Origin: Aaplasma endosymbiont of Hyalomma asiaticum
Lineage (GTDB): Bacteria > Pseudomonadota > Alphaproteobacteria > Rickettsiales > Anaplasmataceae
Direction of reading: 5' to 3'
Length of the DNA: 64,000 bases
NCBI GenBank assembly: GCA_048496795.1
Contig: JBGCXB010000002.1
Location: 20,621-84,620, forward strand
Positions 10,343 through 19,204 of this stretch are shown piece after piece. The position numbers and the translations under genes were made by a program. The notes beneath the pieces were generated by a model, which did not search any database, was not told the origin of the DNA, and saw nothing but the letters and a program-made list of their open reading frames with translations. How positions within the stretch are numbered: position 1 is the stretch's first letter; the number at the start of each line of letters is the position of its first letter.

Positions 10343-11290
10343 TCAGGAAGTTTTCCCCGACTTTTCTTGCACTTCGCACCATACATCTATTATCTTTATG
10401 TTCGCGTCACCGGGTATATTGTCAAAATCGTGCATTAGTTCAGGCGGGACAATAACCGACCTCATGCTGTCAGATCGAAGATCCACTGCTGCTAGGTCTA
10501 GTGCAGCGGGCACTGTCCTAGCTCCTATTTTGAACGTTTCTGCTTTGCGGCTTATTAGAATATTTCCAGATGCATCCCTAACGTTATACATTATTGAAAC
10601 TTCGTCTCCACATCGGAATACAGAAACAGCTTTATTCTCTTTTGGTTTTGTTCTATCAAAAACCATAAAACGATTCATAACTTCCTCACTGGGACCAGAT
10701 GAATCTATGGAGATTAAATTCACGTAATGGCTTCCGGAAAACTTTTCGCTATCAACGACAATAATTCTACTCGTGTCCTTCTGCATTCCCAGTAGTCCGT
10801 AGTTTACTTCCGATACATCATGTGTACCTACCTGAAAGCTTATGGGTAATAAGCCGCCGCCATTAACAATGCTGGCTATTTTGTCATTGAGATTATCAGT
10901 GGTACTTTTTTCTGTTCCGCCTGTTTGTGTGCTCACTATGTGGGCAGTGACCTTTTGACCACAAAGCACCTTGGGGCCGGTACCCTCCTGTACGTCGCTA
11001 TAAGAAAAACTGCTTTTAGGAGGCATCTGCAACTTCAGATTCTCTAAATACTCCCAGAGGCCCTGTTCGCGTATGTAACTGTCTATTCTAGACTCTATAA
11101 TGGGCCTCAATATTATTGCACCTACTCTGTAGCCTAGACTACCTGAATCTGAAATATTCAAAGAGTAATACTTATTGTCTCTGTCCGTACTGTTTGTAAC
11201 TATCAAGACAGATGCTACTTTTAGTGCCAGTAGCACGACGACTAGGGCAATAGATGTATTCATTACCCAGTAAGCAATCTTTTTTTTCAT
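10343..11290 (-). CDS. membrane-anchored hypothetical protein with two degenerate FKBP-like segments
   Basis: 315 aa with an N-terminal TM (WVMNTSIALVVVLLALKVASVLIV). The segments GTGPKVLCGQKVTAHIV..FQVG..GLLGM and CGDEVSIMYNV..FKIG..VIVPPEL loosely fit the FKBP PPIase pattern. Its start overlaps the ispA stop by 4 nt. Confidence 0.5.
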   Translation of the reverse strand: MKKKIAYWVMNTSIALVVVLLALKVASVLIVTNSTDRDNKYYSLNISDSGSLGYRVGAIILRPIIESRIDSYIREQGLWEYLENLKLQMPPKSSFSYSDVQEGTGPKVLCGQKVTAHIVSTQTGGTEKSTTDNLNDKIASIVNGGGLLPISFQVGTHDVSEVNYGLLGMQKDTSRIIVVDSEKFSGSHYVNLISIDSSGPSEEVMNRFMVFDRTKPKENKAVSVFRCGDEVSIMYNVRDASGNILISRKAETFKIGARTVPAALDLAAVDLRSDSMRSVIVPPELMHDFDNIPGDANIKIIDVWCEVQEKSGKTS

Positions 11291-12153
11291 AGGCCTAGGC
11301 TTCCAACAAATGTAATAAGTCCTCTAAGTACAGAAACATCAGCATTGATCCTATCCAGATGTCTGTTACACCGGTCTAACATGCCATCTACGTATCTATT
11401 GGTTTCTTCAACTCCAACAATTCGCGCAATATTCAGAGACTTTTCGTCCTCACCTATATCGCACAAATCATCTTTTGCCTGGAAAATATTTCCCAGGGCA
11501 ACGCCATAAGATGCCAACGTTTTTCTATTTTCAGCAGACGTTCCCGCAAGAATCGCACCAGACTCACATGCGGCTGAAAACAGACGAGCCGTCTTCAGAC
11601 TGTGAACTTTTTTTGCAAATTCTAACGAATATTCAGAATTTTTTTGTATATCTAATGCTTGTCCAGCTATCATGCCTCTGCAACCGCAAGCTTGGGAAAT
11701 TAGTCTTATAAGCTCGCATTTTGTAACACTATCCTCATCCAGAGCCGCTAGTAACTCAAAAGTAAGTGTTAGCAACGCATCTCCTACTAGGAGTGCAATG
11801 GCCTCTCCATACTCTTTATGGCAGCTATTTTTTCCCCTTCGGGAATCCGAATTATCAATCGACGGCAAGTCATCATGTACAAGAGAATAAGAGTGGATGA
11901 CTTCTATCGCTACTCCTAGAGGTATAGTTCTTCGGAGATCAACACCAAATGCCAGTGCAGAAGAGCTAGCCAAAAACGCTCGCAAGCATTTGCCAGGGGT
12001 GGACAAACAGTAACTCATTGCATCAGCCAAAACAGCAGACTCACTCAAGCATTTAAGCGACGTAAGCTTCTTAAGCTCATTCCCAACCACTGCAGAAAAA
12101 TCTTCTATAAGCTTATGCATTTCTCTATGCATAATAACACAATGCTCACTCAC
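11287..12153 (-). CDS. ispA: polyprenyl (farnesyl/geranyl) diphosphate synthase
   Basis: First Asp-rich motif LVHDDLPSIDNSDSRRG and second motif FQAKDDLCD. Confidence 0.88.
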   Translation of the reverse strand: MSEHCVIMHREMHKLIEDFSAVVGNELKKLTSLKCLSESAVLADAMSYCLSTPGKCLRAFLASSSALAFGVDLRRTIPLGVAIEVIHSYSLVHDDLPSIDNSDSRRGKNSCHKEYGEAIALLVGDALLTLTFELLAALDEDSVTKCELIRLISQACGCRGMIAGQALDIQKNSEYSLEFAKKVHSLKTARLFSAACESGAILAGTSAENRKTLASYGVALGNIFQAKDDLCDIGEDEKSLNIARIVGVEETNRYVDGMLDRCNRHLDRINADVSVLRGLITFVGSLGL

Positions 12154-12439
12154 AAGGTGCTAAATATACCTGAGTTTGCGGGTATTACCAGGCTTTTGCC
12201 GGTCAATTAGTTACTTTAAGGATAAAAAGGGCGATCATTGCGTATTTTATGACATTCATTTTTTACTACTTACAGACCAATCACGATTTCATCAACTGTA
12301 CGTTGTGCAAGTTTTTTTTGTCACTCAAATAAATTGAGATTCTTGACAAGTTACGGAAAAGTTCCTTACTTAGCCTCAAGAAATGGATAGGAATTTTGTT
12401 TGACTGTGACTGTGTTGGTGAATATATTTAGGCGGCTGT

Positions 12440-12512
12440 GACTCCTTCGTCTAGTGGTCTAGGACACCACCCTTTCACGGTGGGAACGCGGGTTCGACTC
12501 CCGTGGGAGTCG
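12440..12512 (+). tRNA. tRNA-Glu (anticodon UUC)
   Basis: Hand-folded cloverleaf. Acceptor GACTCCT/GGGAGTC, anticodon stem CCACC/GGTGG with loop CTTTCAC, T-arm GCGGG-TTCGACT-CCCGT. It is close to the E. coli tRNA-Glu layout. No encoded CCA. Confidence 0.93.
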
Positions 12513-12685
12513 CTTCTCCATCTGCATGTGGAGTTTCTAGTCTCCGGTTCCGTTTATGTTTCTTTTTAATGCTTTGTTACCGAGGGTGGGGTCGATTGGA
12601 ATATTTTTTCTACACATACTGTATATCGTGTTAAATTACTGATATAGATACAGCATATGTACCGTGAAAAGAAATTGCAGACATT

Positions 12686-14524
12686 TTGTCATGCGATTGT
12701 GTTGTTATGGGATGTGATTATTGGGGGAGTTGCAAGGTGTCACAAGTCGTTGTAGATTACACTCGGGATGATAACCTAACAAATTTTGGCAAGGCAGTGC
12801 TGTCGGACAGGTATTTGTTAGAGAATGAGAATTATCAGCAATTATTTGTGCGTGTTGCGGAGTACTACTCAGATGACAGCGAGCATGCGCAGAGGCTTTA
12901 TGACTACATGAGCAACCTGTGGTTCATGCCGGCTACTCCCATACTGAGCAATGGTGGCACGAGCAGAGGGCTCCCTATTTCGTGTTTTTTGAATGAAACG
13001 GAGGACAGTCTTGTTGGCATACTGAACCTGTGGAATGAAAATGTTTGGTTGGCATCTCGGGGAGGTGGTATAGGTAGTTACTGGGGGAATCTGCGCTCAA
13101 TAGGAGAAAAGGTGAGAGGGAGCGGAAAAACCTCGGGAATAATACCGTTTATAGTTGTGCAGAATGCGCTTACACTGGCGATAAGCCAAGGTTCGTTGCG
13201 TAGGGGCAGTTCGGCGGTATACCTGCCAGTTTGGCACCCGGAAGTAGAGGAGTTCCTTGACATAAGGAGACCCACCGGTGGCGATCCTAACCGTAAGGCA
13301 TTAAATATACACCATGGCGTTTTACTGACTGATGAATTCATGGAGGCAGTGGGGCAAGACAAGATGTGGAATCTCGTAAGCCCCAAGGACCAAAGCGTGA
13401 TTTCTACTGTTAAGGCTAGAGATTTGTGGATCAAGATCCTGACCACTAGGGTGGAAACAGGAGAGCCTTACATAATATTTGTTGATACGGTAAATAGGTG
13501 CAAGCCTGACATATACAAGGAGTTGGGATTGGAAGTGAAGATGTCCAACCTTTGCACGGAAATAACTCTAGCTACAGGCGAGGATCATTTAAAAAAATCA
13601 CGCACCGCTATATGTTGTCTAGCTTCTTTAAATTTGGAATACTACGATATGTGGAGTGATAATTCCCAGTTTGTCGAAGATGTGATGCGGTTTTTGGACA
13701 ACGTGTTGACGGATTTTATTGAGAAAGCTCCGGATGAAATAGAGCGTGCGAGATATTCTGCTATGAGAGAGCGAAGTATTGGGGTGGGAGTGATGGGTTT
13801 CCACTCGTTCCTTCAGAGCAAAATGGTGCCGTTTGAATCTTTTGCGGCGACAATGTGGAATAAAAAGATATTTTCGAATCTAAAGAGCCAGGTTGACGCT
13901 ATCTCAAGGAAGCTGGCTTTAGAAAGGGGTGCGTGCCCTGATGCAATAGACGCGAATAAAATGGAGCGGTTTGTACACAAGCTTTCTATAGCGCCTACAG
14001 CATCTATATCGATCATAGCAGGCAACACTTCACCGGGCATCGAGCCATATGCTGCTAATGTATTTACTCATAAAACTTTGACGGGGTCGTTCATTGTACG
14101 TAACAAGTTTTTGCAGGAATTGCTCAAATCGAAAGGCAAAGATGATGATCAAGTTTGGTCTTCTATTTCTACAAATGAGGGGTCCGTGCAGCACTTAGAC
14201 TTTCTAAGCGAACAAGAAAAGCTAGTTTTTAAAACCGCATATGAGCTGGATCAACGTTGGGTTGTTGAGCATAGTGGAGATAGGACTCCGTACATATGTC
14301 AGGCACAGTCAGTGAATATCTTTCTGCCTGCCGGCGTGCATAAAAGGTATTTGCACAAAGTGCATTTTCTGGCATGGAAGAAGGGCGTGAAGAGTTTGTA
14401 CTATTTAAGGTCTAAGTCGGTACAAAGGGCTGATAAGGTGTCGCATGACGTAAACGGCAGTGCTGTAGTGCCTTGCAAACAGATAACAAATTTTAGTTAT
14501 GAGGAATGTTTGGCGTGTCAGTAG
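12686..14524 (+). CDS. nrdA: ribonucleoside-diphosphate reductase alpha subunit (class I)
   Basis: 612 aa with active-site NLCTEI, a PTASIS loop, LYYLRS and a C-terminal Cys pair (EECLACQ). The true start is probably downstream of 12686. Confidence 0.92.
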   Translation: MSCDCVVMGCDYWGSCKVSQVVVDYTRDDNLTNFGKAVLSDRYLLENENYQQLFVRVAEYYSDDSEHAQRLYDYMSNLWFMPATPILSNGGTSRGLPISCFLNETEDSLVGILNLWNENVWLASRGGGIGSYWGNLRSIGEKVRGSGKTSGIIPFIVVQNALTLAISQGSLRRGSSAVYLPVWHPEVEEFLDIRRPTGGDPNRKALNIHHGVLLTDEFMEAVGQDKMWNLVSPKDQSVISTVKARDLWIKILTTRVETGEPYIIFVDTVNRCKPDIYKELGLEVKMSNLCTEITLATGEDHLKKSRTAICCLASLNLEYYDMWSDNSQFVEDVMRFLDNVLTDFIEKAPDEIERARYSAMRERSIGVGVMGFHSFLQSKMVPFESFAATMWNKKIFSNLKSQVDAISRKLALERGACPDAIDANKMERFVHKLSIAPTASISIIAGNTSPGIEPYAANVFTHKTLTGSFIVRNKFLQELLKSKGKDDDQVWSSISTNEGSVQHLDFLSEQEKLVFKTAYELDQRWVVEHSGDRTPYICQAQSVNIFLPAGVHKRYLHKVHFLAWKKGVKSLYYLRSKSVQRADKVSHDVNGSAVVPCKQITNFSYEECLACQ

Positions 14525-14551
14525 TATGTACGTGTTTTCGGTCTAAGAGAC

Positions 14552-15031
14552 TTGTTCGTCGTGTTATATAAGGGCATAAGCGAGCTTTTTGCGTCACTAG
14601 CACCTGAGAGCAGGATCATTGGTATAGATTATGGGGAAAAAAAGGTCGGTCTAGCCGTAAGTGATACAACGTACTTAATAGCGACGCCATACCGTGTGTA
14701 TATAAGACGCAACACTAGGTCAGACCTGGGAGAGCTAGCAGCAATCATGCGTTCTTTAAAAGTTGGTGCTATCGTATTAGGTATGCCTTATGAGTCAGAT
14801 GGTAGCGAAGGTGCTTTTTGTTTTAAAGTTCGTAACTTTGCTAATAAGATCAGCCGCAAATCGGGTTTAGGTGTTTATCTGCATGATGAAAGATTCTCCA
14901 CTGCTATGGCTAGCAGGATAACTATTGAGTCGGGGTTGCGGAGAAAAGAATCTCAGGTGATAGATGATAAAATAGCTGCTGCGTTGATACTGCAGCAAGT
15001 GTTAGATATGGCTCGAAATTTGGGAACCTAA
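14552..15031 (+). CDS. ruvX: Holliday junction resolvase-like nuclease RuvX (YqgF)
   Basis: [18 protein letters not shown]-terminal catalytic motif, DERFST, and a size of about 155 aa. Confidence 0.88.
   Translation: MFVVLYKGISELFASLAPESRIIGIDYGEKKVGLAVSDTTYLIATPYRVYIRRNTRSDLGELAAIMRSLKVGAIVLGMPYESDGSEGAFCFKVRNFANKISRKSGLGVYLHDERFSTAMASRITIESGLRRKESQVIDDKIAAALILQQVLDMARNLGT
14651..14939 (+). repeat. Inverted repeat copy A (internal ruvX segment)
   Basis: By hand comparison of each 60-nt block, 14661..14939 is the exact reverse complement of 17802..18080 (279 nt). The match extends to 14651 with 2 mismatches. Confidence 0.9.
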
Positions 15032-16031
15032 GGTGACATAGCTTATGCGCAACAAGGGTCTTCAAAGAAATCTGGTTTTGGTAGTCAAGGAATTATTCTC
15101 TGCGTCAGCGTAAAAAAGATGTTCAACGCGTTTTTATCCATGTACAAAATACGATTGTTGCAAACTGTGTCTAATAGCACGAAGTTGGACCATACGGAGG
15201 AAAGCAAATCGTAATTACCGCTACACAAAATAAGCGTATGATGTACAGGTAGAGACGTGAGTGGATTATATACTAAATCCGGCAACTAGAGTATTTTTCA
15301 TTGCTGGTCTAAACAAACGGAAATAAAACGTCATGGCCAGTAGGGTTCTTGTCAAAAGTGAAACGGATGCTTGGAATCACTTCAACAATTACTAAGAGGC
15401 AGCAGGGCGTGCCAGTATCAACTTGAGCATGGTCCAGGTTTAAATAAACACTATGTCAGCACTTTTGTCGTCGAATGCTTCGTAGTAAATCAAATAAATA
15501 ACAGTATGCGCACGCATAGGGTGTACACCCAGCTTGTTAGCAAAAACAAGAAAAAACCTCACCCCGTGAACAAATAACAACGCAAATTAAATCGAAATGT
15601 CAGAAGAAGGCGATGAAGTGTTCAATAAGCATGCCCATCGAGTTTCGTGATATTTCGTGTGATGAACGTCAGCATCTCTCCAAAATGAAAATACCCCACA
15701 TGTCACGCATACTAAGGATATTTAACCAACACCCGGATGAAAAACATTGTGAACAGTACCACAACACGTTGCACCTACCGCAGCGTCAGTGTATGCAAAT
15801 ATGACTGCAACAAGACAAATACGCACTGTTGTATCGTAATTTTACAGCACTTCTGCGAATCCAATAGTGGATGGCACATAAGACCCCCCCCAGAATCCCA
15901 GCAGTAAACATCGCTTTGTTTATTATGGAAAGAGTTTTCGCTAAAGCCGGGCAAAACCCTGAAGGAGACGTCATGCTTCCAGCAAAACGTTCCATATGTC
16001 CCAAACACTCAAACAACCTACCGGTTTCCAC

Positions 16032-17330
16032 TCAGTTACTAACAAGAGACCCGCCATTCATGAACACCATATGATCGCGGTCGGGACTAGTCGACACTAT
16101 CGTTACAGGTACGCCCACCAACTCCTCAATCCTTTTGATGTATGCCAACGCGTTACGCGGTAAATCTTCTGGCGACACTGCTCCTAGCGTACTTGCTTTC
16201 CATCCAGGTAGCACCTCATACACCGGCTCTAGCCTGCTCTGAACATGCGTTGCAGGTGGCAAATAGTCGTAGTATTTTTCTCCTAGTCTATAACCCACGC
16301 ATACCTTTATCTCTTCAAACGAATCGAGAACGTCAAGCTTTGTTATCGCCATCTCTGTGGCACCGGAAAGCAGCGCTGTTTGTCGCACCAAAACCGAGTC
16401 AAACCATCCACACCTGCGCCGTCTTAGGCTGACAGTTCCGAATTCTTTGCCTCGGTCAACCATCATATTACCTATCTCATCTTCCAGCTCAGTTACAAAT
16501 GGTCCATTACCCACCCTTGTAGCGTATGACTTAGCTAGTCCGATAACTCTCAAATTTCTCAGCGTGCCCACACCGCACCCCACAGACACATATCCAGCCA
16601 AGGTATTACTGGAGGTGACATACGGATACGTCCCGTGGTCAACATCAAGCATAGCGCCCTGAGCCCCTTCAAAAAGGATGGTTTTCTTCTGAGATATCTG
16701 ATCGTATATTATTTTTCCTACATGCTTAACATACGGAAGCACCTGAGGTGCAATGTGATGCAGCTCGTCCATTATTTTATCTACTGATACATCAGGTTCA
16801 TTTGTGGCTTTCCTAAGTAAATTATGGTATGCCAGAAGACACTCTACCTTATTTCTTAGGGACCGCTCATCCGTAAGATCACAAAGTCTTATCGCGCGGC
16901 GCCCTACCTTATCTTCATAACACGGACCTATTCCCATGCACGTCGTTCCAATAGCATCACTTCCACGCATGCTTTCCAGAATTTTCTCTGTTTCTCTATG
17001 CACGCTAAGCACAAGTGGACAAGTCTCGGATAGCGATAAATTGTCAGGCGATAGTTTAATTCCGCTTTTAGCGAGGATTTCCATCTCTCTAACAAGAGCA
17101 TAGGGGTCCAGTACAACACCGTTCCCTATTACAGATTGCTTACCCTCTCTCAACACCGAAGAAGGTAACAGACTTAATTTGTACACCTTTCCTTCAACGA
17201 CAATTGTATGTCCCGCATTGCTACCACCCTGGAACCTGACAACGGTGCAAGCGCTTTCGGACAACCAGTCTACGACCTTACCCTTGCCTTCGTCACCCCA
17301 CTGTAGTCCTACCACTACTATACTCGGCAT
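16032..17330 (-). CDS. purA: adenylosuccinate synthetase
   Basis: MPSIVVVGLQWGDEGKGK P-loop and GGSNAGHT. The ORF-track start at 17366 adds 12 non-conserved residues. Confidence 0.94.
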   Translation of the reverse strand: MPSIVVVGLQWGDEGKGKVVDWLSESACTVVRFQGGSNAGHTIVVEGKVYKLSLLPSSVLREGKQSVIGNGVVLDPYALVREMEILAKSGIKLSPDNLSLSETCPLVLSVHRETEKILESMRGSDAIGTTCMGIGPCYEDKVGRRAIRLCDLTDERSLRNKVECLLAYHNLLRKATNEPDVSVDKIMDELHHIAPQVLPYVKHVGKIIYDQISQKKTILFEGAQGAMLDVDHGTYPYVTSSNTLAGYVSVGCGVGTLRNLRVIGLAKSYATRVGNGPFVTELEDEIGNMMVDRGKEFGTVSLRRRRCGWFDSVLVRQTALLSGATEMAITKLDVLDSFEEIKVCVGYRLGEKYYDYLPPATHVQSRLEPVYEVLPGWKASTLGAVSPEDLPRNALAYIKRIEELVGVPVTIVSTSPDRDHMVFMNGGSLVSN

Positions 17331-17781
17331 TGAGAGTCCACATAAAATACCAGGCCAAGCTAACAAAATAACGAAATAGTGTCAACACTGTTAGGGGAGT
17401 ATTATGCTTTCTCGGAAGACCGTTAAGAGTATAAAGTACCCATGAGAGCAAGAACAGTGGAGAAATTCCCTAAAATAGCTGAAGATTTTATTAGGATATA
17501 TCACATTTTTTCAATTCTATGGACTAAAAACTAACACCAGCATGACTATTGTTGTACCAAATCTTCAAAAAACGACACACAATGTTGCATCTAAGACGAC
17601 ATAAGATTTCCAACAGGAACCACTGATGTATGCCTTTTAGGCAAATGATGAAGAGCACTCTTAGTAGCAATATGACTCACTTCTGCGACACAAAAATGTC
17701 CTGCATTGCAAAGCAAGAAAAAGTCCCAATAAAACCAAAGCTTGTAGTTAATAAAAGTTGGTGAGATCTTACGCGCTCAAT

Positions 17782-18084
17782 CTATGCGAGTCTTCCATCC
17801 TGCAACCCCGACTCAATAGTTATCCTGCTAGCCATAGCAGTGGAGAATCTTTCATCATGCAGATAAACACCTAAACCCGATTTGCGGCTGATCTTATTAG
17901 CAAAGTTACGAACTTTAAAACAAAAAGCACCTTCGCTACCATCTGACTCATAAGGCATACCTAATACGATAGCACCAACTTTTAAAGAACGCATGATTGC
18001 TGCTAGCTCTCCCAGGTCTGACCTAGTGTTGCGTCTTATATACACACGGTATGGCGTCGCTATTAAGTACGTTGTATCACCCAC
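17782..18084 (-). pseudogene. truncated ruvX duplicate (lacks the N-terminal catalytic motif and the native C-terminus)
   Basis: The 100-aa [13 protein letters not shown]...ITIESGL is identical to RuvX residues about 37-129. It then diverges (QDGRLA-stop). The GIDYG..D segment is absent. Confidence 0.75.
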
Positions 18085-18090
18085 GGCTAG
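17802..18090 (-). repeat. Inverted repeat copy B (duplicate of the ruvX internal segment)
   Basis: Reverse complement of 14651..14939. The 279-nt core is perfect. Confidence 0.9.
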
Positions 18091-18353
18091 ATCTATCTTG
18101 ATTCAGTTGTCACGTTTTATATCAGGCCTATATGAATTATCACAGGTCAGCAATTACTGGACGAGCCGCATCTTTACATAGGAAAACAGACGAAACAAAA
18201 CGTATAGCCCAGATTGGAATAAATACAAAAAACGTTTAACACCCAGTAGCAGCTGACGAAATACACTGAAAAACCACAACCCCGCGCCACCCCTGTACCA
18301 AAATCCCACGTGTTTATGTGTTAGACGGAACGTAGGCTGCAAAGGCTTCCACA

Positions 18354-18929
18354 CTACTTCTCTTCAGCGCTCTTCTCATTTCCTGCTGCGCCTGACAACG
18401 CAGGTAACGAAGGTCCCACTGACCCGGAGGACCCTGCAGCTCCTGGCTTCCTCGGACTGCGGGCAAATTCAACAACTATCACAGCTCTCCGATTTTGGGC
18501 ATTGGCTCTCTCAACTTCTTTTGCATCGCTGGAGTACACCAGGACCTCGGGTTCGGACTTTCCCCTTGATTGCACTGCGACCCTAGGGGCAAGAGACCTG
18601 TCGCATCCCAGTATGAACTGCTTGACAGCGTTAGCACGCTTCTCTCCCAGAGCCATACTATACTCTTCAGTTCCCGTGGAGTCGGCATGTCCGATAACTA
18701 CAAGAGACATGGTGTTATCTCTCTTCATGTGTTCGACCAGCTCGAGTATCATTCGCTTTCCCGGGCCTTTAATCTCATATTTATCTGAGTCAAAGTACAC
18801 CTTCTCCACTTTTTTCGTGAAGGCAACCCTTTCTACTCTCGACTCTAACTTTCCGTGCGAAAAAAAGTCACCACACCCTGCTACGACAAGCAGCGCTGAC
18901 AACAACAAAAACAACCTGCACCGCAGCAT
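18354..18929 (-). CDS. ompA: OmpA-family / peptidoglycan-associated lipoprotein (Pal-like)
   Basis: Signal peptide with lipobox LLVVAGC. OmpA_C-like domain VVIGHADSTGTEEYSMALGEKRANAV..RRAV. Gly/Ser/Ala-rich C-terminal tail. Confidence 0.85.
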   Translation of the reverse strand: MLRCRLFLLLSALLVVAGCGDFFSHGKLESRVERVAFTKKVEKVYFDSDKYEIKGPGKRMILELVEHMKRDNTMSLVVIGHADSTGTEEYSMALGEKRANAVKQFILGCDRSLAPRVAVQSRGKSEPEVLVYSSDAKEVERANAQNRRAVIVVEFARSPRKPGAAGSSGSVGPSLPALSGAAGNEKSAEEK

Positions 18930-19204
18930 AGCAACCCCCTTCTGTAGTAAACTTGACGATAAAAATCACTAAAAAGTCACACACCACGGATAGATCATTG
19001 CTTAAAACTACACCAAGTCAAGTAAAATAATTTTTACACATTTTGCCGATTTGTTGTGGCTTTAGTAGTTATGTATGCTAAAAACTTAGAGCGATTTTGC
19101 TGCGGTCTGAGGGTGTGCTGATTGGTTGAGGGCAGGTTCTTGCATGCTACTGGTGACGGAATTTTTGCCCGGTACAGTTCGGTGTATGCTGCCATCGTAA
19201 GAGC

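Noticed and set aside
18502-18972. 156-aa plus-strand ORF overlapping ompA
   Set aside because: The minus-strand frame has a lipobox plus an OmpA_C domain. The plus-strand frame is a featureless shadow.
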